From Camelus ferus (lineage: Eukaryota), in contig NC_045705.1 in NCBI RefSeq assembly GCF_009834535.1, positions 27,714,001-27,778,000 on the forward strand: a stretch of 64,000 bases of DNA, written 5' to 3'. The first letter of the stretch is position 1; each line of letters opens with the position of its first letter. The notes under the pieces were generated by a model. The model made no database searches, was not told the origin of the DNA, and saw nothing but the letters and a program-made list of their open reading frames with translations. The position numbers and the translations under genes were made by a program. This document shows, in pieces, positions 13,340 through 26,316 of the stretch.

Positions 13340-13510
13340 GAGTGTGGTGGAGTGTCTAGTGCTGGACTCACACAGATTCACGTTTGAGCCCTGGCTCTAC
13401 CATTACTGTCCTCCTGTTCCCAGTAAAGTAATTTGTGTCCTAGTCTATAAAATGAAAGACAATAAAATCTCATATACTTTTTGGGAGAATTAAGTGAGAT
13501 TGTTATCACG
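13340..13510 (+). mobile_element. MIR SINE
   Basis: gtgtggtggagtg...tttgagccctggctctaccattact...gtctataaaatg...gagaattaagtgag. Confidence 0.7.
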
Positions 13511-16500
13511 TAATAGGTGTTATATAAAAGCGATTAGAAATTCATAATGAATACAAAATATAACTTTAAAGGTGCAAATTAAGGATCTTTATCATCTTAT
13601 AATACTAGAAAATATGTTGTGATCTTCTAAATTTTGTAGGTTATCTAAGGACAGCCTTATAAACAGGATTTCACTTTTTTCAATGAGCTGCTTATATTAA
13701 TAGAATCTTACTTTCTTTGCTTACTACCATCTCCCTCACCTCTCTTGATTCTTTTCTGTTATTGGGAAGAAGAGTTTAATATGTATATAGTGATCCTTTT
13801 CTAAAAAGCCTTTTCTTTAGCATTGGTTTTACATGCTTTTACTTAGCATTTTAGTTCCTAAAAATTTATTCTTATTTTATGTCACTGATACCAAGAGAGG
13901 AAATTTGGTTGTCTTGAGCTTTTTCCCCAGAACATAATCTCAAGTAGCCCAGGAAACTATTAACTTGAAACAGATCTTTCTCAAAATTGTAGTATCTGGT
14001 AATCTAGATTATTCCAGGAATATTATTGGATTAGATACAATAAAAGAAAATAATTCGACTTGGTAAGAGGGAATACCATTTTTAGTTCTTTCAGGAAGAG
14101 TTCATTAAAAAAATTTTTTTTAATTTTTAAAAAATCATTAACCCTTTTTATATTGTAATTAATTAGTTTACAAAAGAAGCCAACATCTGCTAACTACTAA
14201 ATTAATACTGTTACCCCTAATGGAAATGTATGATATAGCATTTTCTTGGTTTAAAAACTTACTGATAATACTGAAATAATTTCAGTATTAAAATTTTTCT
14301 TTGACAATTTTTTGCATGACTTGTTTCCACAATAATCCTGTAATAGCTGTAATAATTCACAGCTACTCCCCTGAGTTCCAGCTTTGAAAAGCTGAAACTT
14401 GAAAGAAACAAACACCTCTAGAAACCATGAATTTCTAATTTTAAAATCTAAACAGCTGCATCTGCTCCAGTTAACTCTGAGCTTTACTAAATGGTTGATG
14501 AAAAGAAAAAAAAAACTTGTAAGTAATGATTAGCATTTCTGTACTTTCAGATGATTCTGTCTGCCTTTTGCTTTTTCACTTTTGCAGTATTGAAAGAAGC
14601 TTCATAAGTTTTCTTACTTTTCTGACATATTATCTGTCTAAGGTTTTTATTATGACTATACAAAGCTTCCAAGAGACAAACAGTGCTTGTGATTCTTTTC
14701 CATATAATAATCAAGGAATTCATATTGTAATTGGTTTTATTGGGCAAGAATTTAAGCTGCCCTTATTCACCTCTTTCCCAACCAAAAAAATTCTCTTATG
14801 AAAGTCTATTTGAAAAGCTTCCAATTTAAAAGCTTTTCAGATAAGCGTTTCAAGATCAAAAATCGTTAAATACTTTTGGAAAACATTTTAAAAACACTTT
14901 TTCTGACCACTATTATTAATCTTCCACAAATTATTTTCTTTAAAGATCCATGTTAGTAACTATTTTTATAGCATATATGATATAGTATAATGTCTTGGGT
15001 AGTATGAACTAAACTAAAATTGTAGGCTGTCTTTTAACATCAGCAAGTATTATATTGATTTTCATATATAATCATGGAATTTTTCACACAGATTTTCAGT
15101 TTATGTTTCTTGGAAGATTTGCACAGGTATCGTGTTTAGCTTTGAATACTGATTTATTCAGCTTAAAAGTACATAATCATGCTCACAAAATTTCCTACTT
15201 GTAAAAACTTTATAGCTAAAAGTGTGTCAATTAGTACAGAATCATTTATCTGACAGTTTTTCCAAACTTATTAATCTAGAAATCATTTATTGACTGCCAT
15301 TTGTTAGGTGCATGTGTTTTTATAGCAACTACCTATCATCATCTCCCTCTCTCTCCTTTAAATAGTATTTAATGAATCTTTTTCTTTTATAGTTAGTTAT
15401 ATTAGCATCCCAGTTTCAAGGATGCTGGGAAGGGAAATATAATAGATTGAATTTTTAATTGCCCACTCTAAGTTGACTGTAAAAGAGAAGTTAGTGCTTC
15501 TACTTTTGATTAAACATTATTTTGGCAGTTTTGAAATACACACTTTTTCCTTCACATTTATTGGTTTGTTATTTGACAGTTTAACTTAGATAGAACTGAA
15601 CTGACTGCTTTATCAAACTCATTCTTCAATAACAACCTACTTGGCCTTTTTTAAAGTAAAATGGAATCTGTTAAATAAACTTACAATGCTTTTGAGTATA
15701 AGTAAAGTCTCTTGAGTGCTAAACACTAAAAAAAGGACTTTTTAAAAATTGGAAGTAAAAGTGTCACAGGAAATGAAATTTCATTAAGCAATAATTACCT
15801 TTTCTAATGACCAAAGAAAAATGATTTTTATAACAATATAAGCGAAATATAGATATTGAATCTGTAGTATTCATGATAGTGGGTTTTCCAAGCATTCCTT
15901 ACTCCAAAGTGTTTTCTAAATAATTTCATTCTTCAACTTTACTGATTTTAAAATTAAAAAGTTACATCTAACAAAGGTACTTTCTGCTACTTAAGTAATA
16001 TACATTGTTCTGTTATTATGTCTCTGATGTACATAATTTTACTTTATTTTTATTCTTCATTTGGTCTTATTTTTCTTATTTTAGAAAACATAAGACCAGT
16101 GATGGGTTATATTTATTAGACTTCGTTTACATGAGATGCTTTTATATGTATATATATAAATATATAAATATGCTATATAGGCATGCACTAATAATGGCAT
16201 TGTTGTTAACCAAATATAATTAAGCATCAACCCTACAATTTCTGAACGTTGGTCTTTCCTTAATTCACTGAGATACATGCCCACTTAAAATTATTGGCCA
16301 GATCTTTAGAAATTATGAATAAATCTTATACATAACTCAGACTTAAATGTCTAGGAATGCTTAGAATATAAGATTCTCTATAATATGTATTTGAAAGTTT
16401 GCACCGCAATAAAAAAAGTTTCCAAATTATATACATGAATGTTAATATCTGTTCCAATGTGTAGAAGAATTATCCTGTATTGTCTTTACAATGTTTATTT

Positions 16501-16815
16501 ATAGCATCTATTTACTATTTACTTAAATTTTATCATTCTTCTATAACTTGTTTCATTGCCTGAGGTTTTAGTCTGTGTTCTTCAAACTAAATTTCCATAG
16601 ATTTATAACTTCTAACTTAAAGCGATTTTACAAGGAGTTCAGATTTTGAAGAAAAAGACATTCTGCATTTTGTATTTTGCTGCCCTCCTGTGGACTATCC
16701 AGCACATGCTACCTGCAGTTAAGGACCTTTGCTTTATTACATTCTTGATGGGAATTAATGAAGATATCTACTTAAAAAAAAAACAAAAACAGAAAGATAC
16801 AGTCTCAAAGACCTA

Positions 16816-17342
16816 TTTTTTTTTAATTTTTTAAAATTTTACATGTCATTTTAGTCATTTTACAATGTTGTGTTAGTTTCTGGTGTACAGCGTAGTGACT
16901 CAGTTACATATTTATGTGTATTCCTTATCTTATTCTTTTTAAGTTATAAGCTTTTATAAGATATTGAATACAGTTCCTTGTCCTATATACAGTAGGACCT
17001 TGTTGTTTATCTACTTTATATAGTAGTTAATATCTGCAAATCCCAAATTCCCGTTTTATCCCTCCCTACTTCCTTTTCCTTCTGGTAACCATAAGATTGT
17101 TTTCTATGTCTATAAGTCTGTTTCTGTTTTGTAAATAAGCTCATTTGTGTCTTTTTTTTTTAGATTCCACATATAAGTGGTATCATATGGTATTTCTCTT
17201 TCTCTTTCTGTCTAGCTTCACTTAGAATGATGATCTCTAGGTCCATCCATGTTGCTGCAAATGTTATTTTATTCTTTTTTATGGTTGAGTAGTATTTCAT
17301 TGTATAACTATACCACAACTTCTTTATCCAGTCATCTGTCAA
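16816..17342 (-). mobile_element. Younger cetartiodactyl-type L1, 5'-truncated 3' end
   Basis: Minus ORF 17160-17342 is the L1 ORF2 C-terminus (DDWIKKLWY...FAATWMDLEIIILSE...YHMIPLICGI), followed by 3' UTR and a T-rich tail at 16816. Confidence 0.92.
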
Positions 17343-18060
17343 GGTTTGCTATAGTGAGGAGCGGAAAAATGGGATGGTAGTTGGAGGGGAATGCGAGATC
17401 GAAGATATTTGGTTTGAGTTTTGTTCTTCTAAAAATAGAAAATATTGTAATATGTTTGCATAGGAGTGATCCAGTAAAGAGGAAGAAATTGAAGATACAG
17501 AAAAAAAATAATCATAGAAGCAAAATTCTTGAATAGACAGAAGAGGATGGGCTCCAAGGCACAAATGTAGGGTCAGGGTTGTCCTTAGATAGAAGAAGGG
17601 ACAATATATAAGTATAGTATGATGGTGAGACTTTGATTACTTCTCAGTGAAATAAGAGGCCACTTGTCAGATGAGAGTGGAGAGGGGCAGAGGGAGTTAG
17701 AGATGTGATGAGAGAGGAAAGGCTGAAAACAATGGACTCAAAATGTGAACTGACTAGAGAGGTTTCTGACGTTGGTAACTGGATAAATGTGAATGTCATT
17801 AATTAAGAGAGGGCATGCAGGAAAGAAATCATCTATGCATTGATATGGGGCTGGAAAATAAGTTCAATGATAAACATGTTCATTCAGAGATGTCTCTGTT
17901 TCCCTCAGAACTTCCAGGGTGAGAAGAAAAGTCTAAGAATGAAATCTTAGGAAATACTAGCATTTAAGGAGCAGAGCCAGTGAAAGAGTGAAGAGAGGTA
18001 TTAGGAGAACCAAGAGGGAGCTAGGTCTTGAAAGTCATAGGAACAGAGGGCTTGAGAAGG
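17343..18060 (-). mobile_element. L2 fragment(s)
   Basis: Purine-rich L2 antisense motifs (gggatggtagttggagggg, tgatattttctcagtgaaataagagg-like, gaaccaagagggag...tcttgaaagtc). Confidence 0.65.
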
Positions 18061-18087
18061 GGAAAAAAAATGAATAGTAGTGTGTCT

Positions 18088-18390
18088 CTATTGGTTCCTA
18101 AAGTGTGGTACGAATACCACCAGAGGTGTGCACACTTTTAGGTGGTACTTAGATTAACATTTTTTAATTTTAGCATTTGTGGCTTATTCTAATGGGCATT
18201 AGAAGAAATATATAACCAGCACATCAAAACTGTGATTCATGAAAAGTGGTACTGATTTTCCCTTTGAACATAAATTAAGATAAGATTAAACAGTGCATCC
18301 ATTTTAAAAAAAAACTACATAAATAATGGTACTGGTACCTATGGGAAAATCACAACAGTATTTGATGAATGAATAGTGTGGGAAGCTCTG
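18088..18390. mobile_element. Non-autonomous hAT-Charlie-type DNA transposon remnant
   Basis: Ends ...ttcctaaagtgtggtacgaataccacc and ...gtgtgggaagctctg resemble Charlie-type terminal repeats; subfamily not assigned. Confidence 0.55.
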
Positions 18391-19741
18391 GGTTTAACAG
18401 TTTAGAAAATCATTTGCTGACCTCATTTTATCAAAAGTATTTTCTGTAAAATAGAGAGATATCTACACTAAAACAGTAAGAATAAACTTTAGGATAATGG
18501 AAATATTAAAGTGAGCTCTCTCTATATAGTTGAATTACTTTTAGAACTATTGGCATAGATTCTAAACTATATAACTCATGTTTCATCCTGTCACTGTGTG
18601 ACTAAAATGACTTTAAAGCAAATAGTTAATGATAGCAAGCATTGTTCTTTAGAAAATATATTAACAGGACACACAAATAAGGAAGACTTTTTAAAAACTC
18701 ACTTGTTAGAAACGTGAAAAAGTCAGTATGTGTTTGGAATAAAATAGTAGAAAATGTTGGCAGGTGAGTGAAGAAGTAGGGCATTTTTCAGCAAGGTATT
18801 TTAAGCCCCGACATGTCATACACATAGAGCAAGTGGTTTTATTCTGTCTGCAGGACTGTTGGAACTACGTTGCTGTAGCTTAGCTATGATGCTCCAAGGA
18901 CTGAGACCAGGGACAACAATTAAGCTATCGCTTTAGGTATTTCAGTAGCATTTCTTGAAGTCAGCTAGGCGCTTGTCACTCACTTACGGAATACTTTTGT
19001 TCATTACCCTAAAAATAAGAAGTTGCAAATTTATAATCTCTCTGAGTTACAGAGCTTAACGCATTAGGTGTGCGAATGCTCTTTGCCAGTGTTAGGGTTA
19101 CTATCTTGAGTCTCAAAAGGAAGTCAGCTATATTTTTGAGGAAGTAAATTAAGTTTAGATCATGGTTCTGCTTCCTTTCTGCTGTGTGTGTGATGTGGGG
19201 ACATCCACTGGAAGGCGTCATTAATCATATTTTGTGATCACTTATCTACAGATAGGGTTGGAAAGTTATATTAAGACATCTTTGTGTGTGGGTTCCATTC
19301 TGCATCAGAAGCTTACTGTGATTCCTACACTCACATCACTAAGGACACCGTGATTGTACACACCAGTAAGAAAATATGAAGGATGAGCAAGATGAGGTCT
19401 GTTTTATTTAGTCCTCACTAATGATTGAACAGGATATTTTTAATATGGTTTGTCGCTGCAGTTGTACATGTCTTCTGATAGGAACTGAAGGGGTCTAACT
19501 TCTAGTTATAAATACTTTATAGTAAGTTAGGCAAGTTCATTGGATGCTGTCTTTTTTTTTCTTTTCTTTTTTTTTTTTTTTACTTCCTCAGTTCCATTTA
19601 TTGTTGTAGATGTTTTTGGAGATATTTCAGTTTGTGATGCTAACTGATGCTTTGCTCTCTCATAGCAAGCATTTGCATAATTCTTCCTCATTCAAAAAGA
19701 TTATTCTAATTGGCAGAACTTTCCCTCCTCCCCTCCCTCCA

Positions 19742-19758
19742 TCTCTCTGTCTCTGTCT

Positions 19759-19819
<61 letters not shown>
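19742..19819. repeat. Compound microsatellite (CT)n(AC)23
   Basis: Imperfect CT run 19742-19772, then 23 AC units 19774-19819. Confidence 0.97.
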
Positions 19820-19821
<2 letters not shown>

Positions 19822-21589
19822 TCTGTGCTGCATTGGTAGAGTGGGCTTTTTTTCTTTAAAGTGACTTGTGCCTCAGAAAATTCATTATGTGCACTGTGAA
19901 CCAGCTGGTTGAAATGAATTCCCAGTTTTTGTAATTTTTGTTTAATACAGTGAGCACCAAATATTTAAACCCCTTTACAAATTTAATCACTGAATGTTTT
20001 TTTTTTCCTCAGTGATGGAAATACAGCAGTCTGATAATCACTAGAAAAGAGCATTGGTGAGATTTAAAACACATATGACCGAGGATACCTGGCATATGTA
20101 TGTGTGTCTGTGTGTATGTGGTTTGGGGTTTTCTCTCCCTTTTTCATTCAATGTTAGTTATTACTAGTAGTAGAATTTATTTTATTCTTAACTACTGTGC
20201 TCATTGACCAAGAAAATCTCAAGCATCTGTTACTTTTTCTTAACCACCAAAATTTACTTAGTTGTGGTCTCGAAAATGCAGGAGAAATTTAAATCAAATT
20301 TCATTACTGTTGAGCACAGCTTTGGATTTCTCTTGTCTTCTCATTTAGTTGCTTTTTATAACAACAGATCTAAATTTTCCATTCAGAATTTGCCACACTC
20401 AAAGCAGTTTAAACCACTTTAGCTGCTGTCAGGCATTAATAACCCAGTCAGATCACAGACATCCAAAGTGATGATTATTAGAAGAACAAGCATACCAAAT
20501 TTCAGGAGAAGGTCAGTAGCAGCTGAGGGTACCTGGTGTTGATCAAGTCTTGATTCCTGGTGTACCTGTAATAATATAGCTGATTTCCCTCCGTGATGTG
20601 AGCGATAGCTAGAGGAAAACCTACCCTGAACAAAACAACTAAACAGTTCATCACCTCTCTCCCTGTACACTGCCTAAAAACCATAAGTGTTAAAAATTGG
20701 GAGAGAGCAAGGCCCTGGAAATCACGTTATCATGTGCAGAGTGGCCACTGAAGTGAGTGCCTCCAGGTGACTTTCATTTGGTGACATAAAGCAAAAGGAA
20801 ATAGTATGATACTATCATTTATTTTTCTGTGCTTTTCACTTGATTTAATGCACTGGCCATATGTACTTTGATGATGTAGGTATGCTCAAGTCAAAATTCC
20901 CAAACTCCTGAAGTGGGTCTGCAGTCAGGCAAGTAGAGGATTTACTGAAATCTGCAGGGTCTTGCGCAAAATGTTCAGTGCTTCTGAAGGCTATTTTTTT
21001 CTTTTAACCTTAGTTTAAGTATCATACTTACTACCCACACCAGTGTAAAGAGCAAGTCCTGACACTCTTTCCTCATATCTAAGTCCTATGAGGTATTACT
21101 GGATGCAGCTCGTTATCATGGAATAACTAAGATCTTGTGTTCCCATCTAGAGATATTGTCCTTACAGTTCACTCAATCTGAGGAGTAAAAATGACCAAGT
21201 AGCCTTTGGCATTTCATTAGCCTCGGCCTTGCATTATCTCTTTGCTCTAGAAAAAGGGCAGGCCTGATGGCAACAGGCTTCTCATGGCAGGCCCCTTCCC
21301 AGTGGTGCATGTCTCTGTGCCTTCATCTGTAGTTTGAGGAAGAGCACCAGAGTTAAGGTCTATTGATTTTCCTACTTGATTTCTTTCCTTGATGTCAGCA
21401 GGTGACTAATCACTTGAAGCTGGAGAAAGGAGAGGTAAATGTAAACCACAAAGCTTGTGAATAGCTAGGAAATCTAAGCGCTCCCGGCGCCCCTGTCCAC
21501 CCCGACCTTCAGTTTGTAGGCATCTTCTAGATATCAAGAACTGAATGAAGCCAACTCACCGCAAACACTGTGTGACTGACTCAAATAAA

Positions 21590-22080
21590 TATGCTTAATT
21601 TAAGCTCACTGACTACATAAGGGCTTTAATATCATTCTGTCTTTTGCCAAGTCAGTGGAAATTGTACCTGACATGACATGATGATGCCATTGTGGGTAAC
21701 CTATTTTCTTTACCACATACACCCTGCTTTCCTAGTTCCCTGTGTTTGCTTAATGTTGTTTTCAGCAGCTCTTCCCTATAACTCCTTCCTGCCCTCCCCC
21801 TGCACAAAAATTCTAATATTGCCCATCCTTCAAGGCCCACTTCTGCCCACCGGGTCCCTTAATTACAAGTAATGTATAACCAGTCATTCTACCTGCGCCT
21901 CTCCTTCAACTCCTGTGACTTACCATTAGAGTTACTTGTGCACAAGACACAACTCTCCTACAAGACTTCTCTAGCTCATCGAAGCAGGGACCAGTCCTTT
22001 CTTCATCTTCACACCCTGGCCCACCATGCATTCCACATCCTTCTCACCATGTTTAGCCCAGAGAATGTACTCAGATAGCA
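21590..22080 (+). mobile_element. L2 fragment
   Basis: Pyrimidine-rich body with L2 tail gcagggaccagtcctttcttcatcttcacaccctggccc...gtactcag. Confidence 0.6.
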
Positions 22081-22499
22081 AGTTAGCTGATCGTATTTCA
22101 ACTCTGAACTACTGAGACTACCTAGTAATAAAGGGTAGGTAACTTGTAACCACACACCGTTTACCCAGAATGCTTTATACCAAGCCCCACTCAACGTACA
22201 TATAGAGAGATCTTCTTTTACTATCTGAAGCTCCCACACCATAGCAGGGAGAGGAGAAAAGGAATTATAGTGTCTCACTTGTCCACTAGAAGATGACACA
22301 TCTTAATAGCCTGTATTCTCCTACCTCCTGTCTGCACTGTTTTTAATGAAAGTTGCAAACAAATGTCCTTATTGACCCTCATTGAAAAAGTAACATTTAT
22401 GGGTAAATCAGTAAGTGTGAGAAAATCTATTGGATTTGTTTCCCCAGCATTCTCGCTTGAAACAAATTTCCCTAGGCCGAAGACAGAGGTTCAAATTTA

Positions 22500-22500
<1 letters not shown>

Positions 22501-22554
<54 letters not shown>
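22501..22554. repeat. (TGA)18 trinucleotide microsatellite
   Basis: Perfect run counted directly. Confidence 0.98.
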
Positions 22555-22555
<1 letters not shown>

Positions 22556-24875
22556 AATAGCAGGAGTTGTGGCAATTAATTTTCCTTCTTTTTCAGTGTA
22601 GTTATCTTTTCTAGTAAACTTCCAGTGAATGTTTAAATTCCCTTGTTTGGAGATCGAACCTGATCTTTCACATTTCTAGACGAAGTCATAGCTGTGGAGA
22701 GCTTGGATTCCATCACTGGAGTCATTTCTTCCACAGCCTGCATGTCCTGGTGTCTGTGTCTCAGCTGGTGCTGTCTTTGCTCCCTGTGCTTTAAGGGAGC
22801 ACACTTAAAGGGAAGGCCACGTGGCAAGACAGGGGGGCCAGTTTACACCCAGTTCTTTTTCTCCCTTAAAAGGAGACAGGGAGTACAGGTCTGTAGAAAC
22901 CAGTGCATCTTTGAATTCTTAGGCAATCCAGATTCCCCTACCATGTGTGAACAGTGTTCCCCAGGATAGAATTTGACTCTAGAATATGTAGTAATTGGTA
23001 ATCAATCTCTGTCTCTCTCTCACTAGTTTTTGAGGTCACACACTTTTTCTTAGTTTTTCTTTTTTAAACTCACTTCTGACTCATTCACTTACCATGACGG
23101 AATGCCTATGTAATTCTGAGGTTGCTGATTTCAGGTCTTTAATATGGTCTGTTTTCGAATTGGAGTTGTACTTTTAAGATCAGTTATTATGTAAGCATTA
23201 CTTTAAAACTTCCTGCAGAGAATTTCATTCAGCAGTAATTGCTGAGTGAGAACAAGTCTAAGGAGCATTACTTCTGTTGAAATCACTACTCTTGTCTTTC
23301 CAAGTGGAGGACACAGCCCAGGACAGAGGAGGTGAGGCAGCTTCACTTGTCTCAGGTGCGGCCGTCAGCAACCTAGGTTTCACCCAAATGCAAGGAGTTT
23401 GGTATGCTTACATTCACAGTGGTTTCAGCAGTGGCGTTTCCTGAGACTTCTCTTACCATAGGACAGTAGCTTATCCCTCCATCTCAGATAAGGAACCTAG
23501 ACACGGAGAAGTGAATTAATTGATTTGCCCAAGTTAATATGGTAAGGCTGCAGCTAAAGCAGGATGTGAATCCATACTGTGGAGTGGTCCTCTTGGAACA
23601 AGATCTGCAAGACTTTGTCAACAACCTCTGGAGGTGGAAATCTTAAAGGACTCTGTTCCCAGTAAGGTTTCTTACTTCTTCAAGTATACCTTTTACTCTG
23701 TGTGGTACCAAGCCCCACATGCCACCCACAGTTAAAGTTTCCTGGTACTATTTTAAAGTGATTTTGCATAGTAATGGTGAGCAACTGAAAGATACACTTT
23801 TTTCACTTCACAATTTATTTTACTACCTTTTCTAAAACACATATTATCTTACTAGAGAAATGAATATGAAATTTTGAGGTAGCTAAAACTACAGTAAAAT
23901 AAAACATTCACAATGTGTTTCTAAGTTACCTGATTACCAAAAAAAAAAAAAAAGAGTAATTTGAGTGCAATTGAGGAAAAGGTAAGGACAAAGACAGATA
24001 CTCTAAAAAGTCACTCATATCTGTTAAGAGGACAGTGTTGGTTTTCCATCCAGGTACCTTTTATTTAATTGAATGCTTCCTATAAGGTAACTTTTCTCAT
24101 AGGCAGAGGAAAGCAAACTTTAGAGTATATAATCCTATTAGTGCAACCTGCCCGCCTACCTTGCCCAAGCACAGAACAGGGATGGTAGGAATATTTTTAG
24201 AATATTCCACTGTTCACAAAGACCGTTTTTCTGACATATGTTACTTTGCCTTCAGCAACATAAAATTTAAATTTGAATTTTCATTCCCATTACAAATCAG
24301 TTTAATTATTATTTGTGTCTTAGAAATTTATTATATAGTCAGAAACATAGGAATATTACACATATTTGTTGGGTAGGGGGAAGTATGTTAGAGGGAGAAA
24401 GATTTGCAGAAAGGCTGGAGCCAAAGTAGCAACCTAACAGGAGTTGTTGAGCAGCAAAGAGGCGAGTGTTGATTAACTTAACATAGACTGTAGTCCATTT
24501 TCAGATTGTAAGGCAAGGAATCCATGCTATCTAGTAAAAAATGTCCTTTACAAGACACAGAGCAGACTGTGAGGCTAATCTCTAAATCTACTAAATACTT
24601 TAGGATTTCGTTATGCTGAGCAGTTTAATATGAATTAATTGCTGCTTTCTTCTGAATGACTGGTGGAAATGAACTCAGTACTGCTTCCAGCATCTCCCCG
24701 CTCCACACACACATACATACAGGTGCACACACCAGAGTTGAAATTGAGCAAATATTTTGATGACTGCTGAGAGCCAGTTGCTCATACTAAAGATTCTGAG
24801 TTGGCTATAGCCAGCAGGCCTTGTTAAAAGAGATTACTTGGGATAACTTATTCCTTTGCAACTTTTCAGGGAGAT

Positions 24876-25086
24876 AACAATAATAATAGTTTACCGTGTG
24901 CTGGGCAGTGGTCCAGCTCTTTACATTTAATCTCAGCAGTGAAGTGGATACTACTATTAAACAACCTGCAGTTGAGGAAACTGATACACAAAGAAGTTAA
25001 AAATTACTTGCCCTGCTACACAGCTAGAAAGTAGTAGAAACAGGATTTGAATTTACTTAATCTGGCTCCAGTCCATGCTCTTACCC
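24876..25086 (-). mobile_element. MIR SINE
   Basis: aataataatag...gtgctgggcag...tgaggaaactga...acttgccc...acacagctag...ggatttgaa. Confidence 0.75.
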
Positions 25087-26185
25087 GCTATGTCAAGTGC
25101 TAGAAGAACTACACGAGTCTGTCAGTAGTTTTACTTGGCTAGCTCTAGTTACTTGGCTCTTACAAAGTTCTGATGTGTCTCGGTTTTGTGGCATTTCTTT
25201 ATTATAACTAACCCTCAAGGATCCTGAGGAACCCTAAAGGATTCCTAACCCAACCAGGAATTTCTTACCAGCTTATGAGGTTCAGAAGGAAAGAATTCCT
25301 ATTAACAAATAAATGGATATCCAACTCTAGTTAGAAAATCCATATTCTTCTAGGACCTTTGTAAACAGAATTAACATGAGAAGCTAGGAGATTTCCTTAA
25401 CCTTAGTCATGATAGTGGTTCCTAAGAACTTAGTTTACTCTGAAAATCTGTTTAGCCACAGGATAAATTGTGCCTTTATCCCTTCGGAGACTTATAGTTT
25501 GGCAAGGTATATTGAATATTTAGTTGTTTTCCAGAATACCCTTGTAGGGTAGGTTTATATTAATGACCCAATCTATACAGGCATACTCAAGTCACTGAAA
25601 AGGATGTTGAAATGTCTTAAGATCTCATAGCAACTCCAGAATCAAAAATACCCTCTTTGGAGTTTCATGCTTAGTTGGTATTACCTTGTACTCTCCTCCT
25701 TCTAAGAAAAACCAGACTGCCAGCATTTGAATTAAATGCTAAATGTTTTGCAAGCAAGTATAGAGCATTAAGCAGAGAAAAGTTGTTTCCATTTTCACAT
25801 AGGACCTTGTTATCTAAAGCATTTCATTTGAATCATGTAGTTCCAAAAAAAAAAAAAAAAAACCCTTTCAAGGTTAGTCTAAGCCCTAGAATCTCCTCAT
25901 TTTTGCATCAGCAAAAGATAATAGTCATATTCCTGGAAGATGACTGTTACTTTCCATTTTTCCTTCTCCAACATTTTCTTACTGTTTCTTTAATGAGAAT
26001 ATCATTTCTGCCTTTGCTGGGAAGACAAGCAATATTTTTCCACATAATCAGCTTTTTTTGTTTTCCCTTTGAGCTGGAGTAGACCTATACTATAGATCAA
26101 AGAATAGAACCTTTTGTTTTTTTCTGAAATTCTTTAGTTCTCCCTCAGATAACTGGAAAGAGTGATTTAAAAATTAGGCAATATG

Positions 26186-26316
26186 GTGGGGAGAAAGAAG
26201 GTATAGCTCAAGTGGCAGAGCGTATGCTTAGCATGCACAAGGTCCTGGGTTCAAACCTAGTACCTCCTCTAAAAATAGATGAATAAATAAACCTGATTAC
26301 TTCCCCTCCCTCACCA
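26186..26316 (+). mobile_element. tRNA-Ala(AGC)-derived SINE (camelid vic-1-like) with 17-bp TSD
   Basis: Head GGTATAGCTCAAGTGGCAGAGCGTATGCTTAGCATGCACAAGGTCCTGGGTTCAAACC resembles tRNA-Ala-AGC; A and B boxes present; TSD aaaaattaggcaatatg at 26169-26185 and 26317-26333; TT|AAAA L1-endonuclease site. Confidence 0.9.

Noticed and set aside
20468-20526. C/D-box snoRNA candidate (GTGATGA ... CTGA)
   Set aside because: No convincing terminal stem, no C'/D' pair, and no rRNA/snRNA complementarity that I could recognise.
21478-21500. Possible CTCF site
   Set aside because: Spacing between the AG and GGC cores is one base short of the CCRSYAGRKGGCRS consensus.
22633-22827. Minus-strand 64-aa ORF with protein-like composition
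   Set aside because: No recognisable homology, no supporting antisense exon structure, length within chance.
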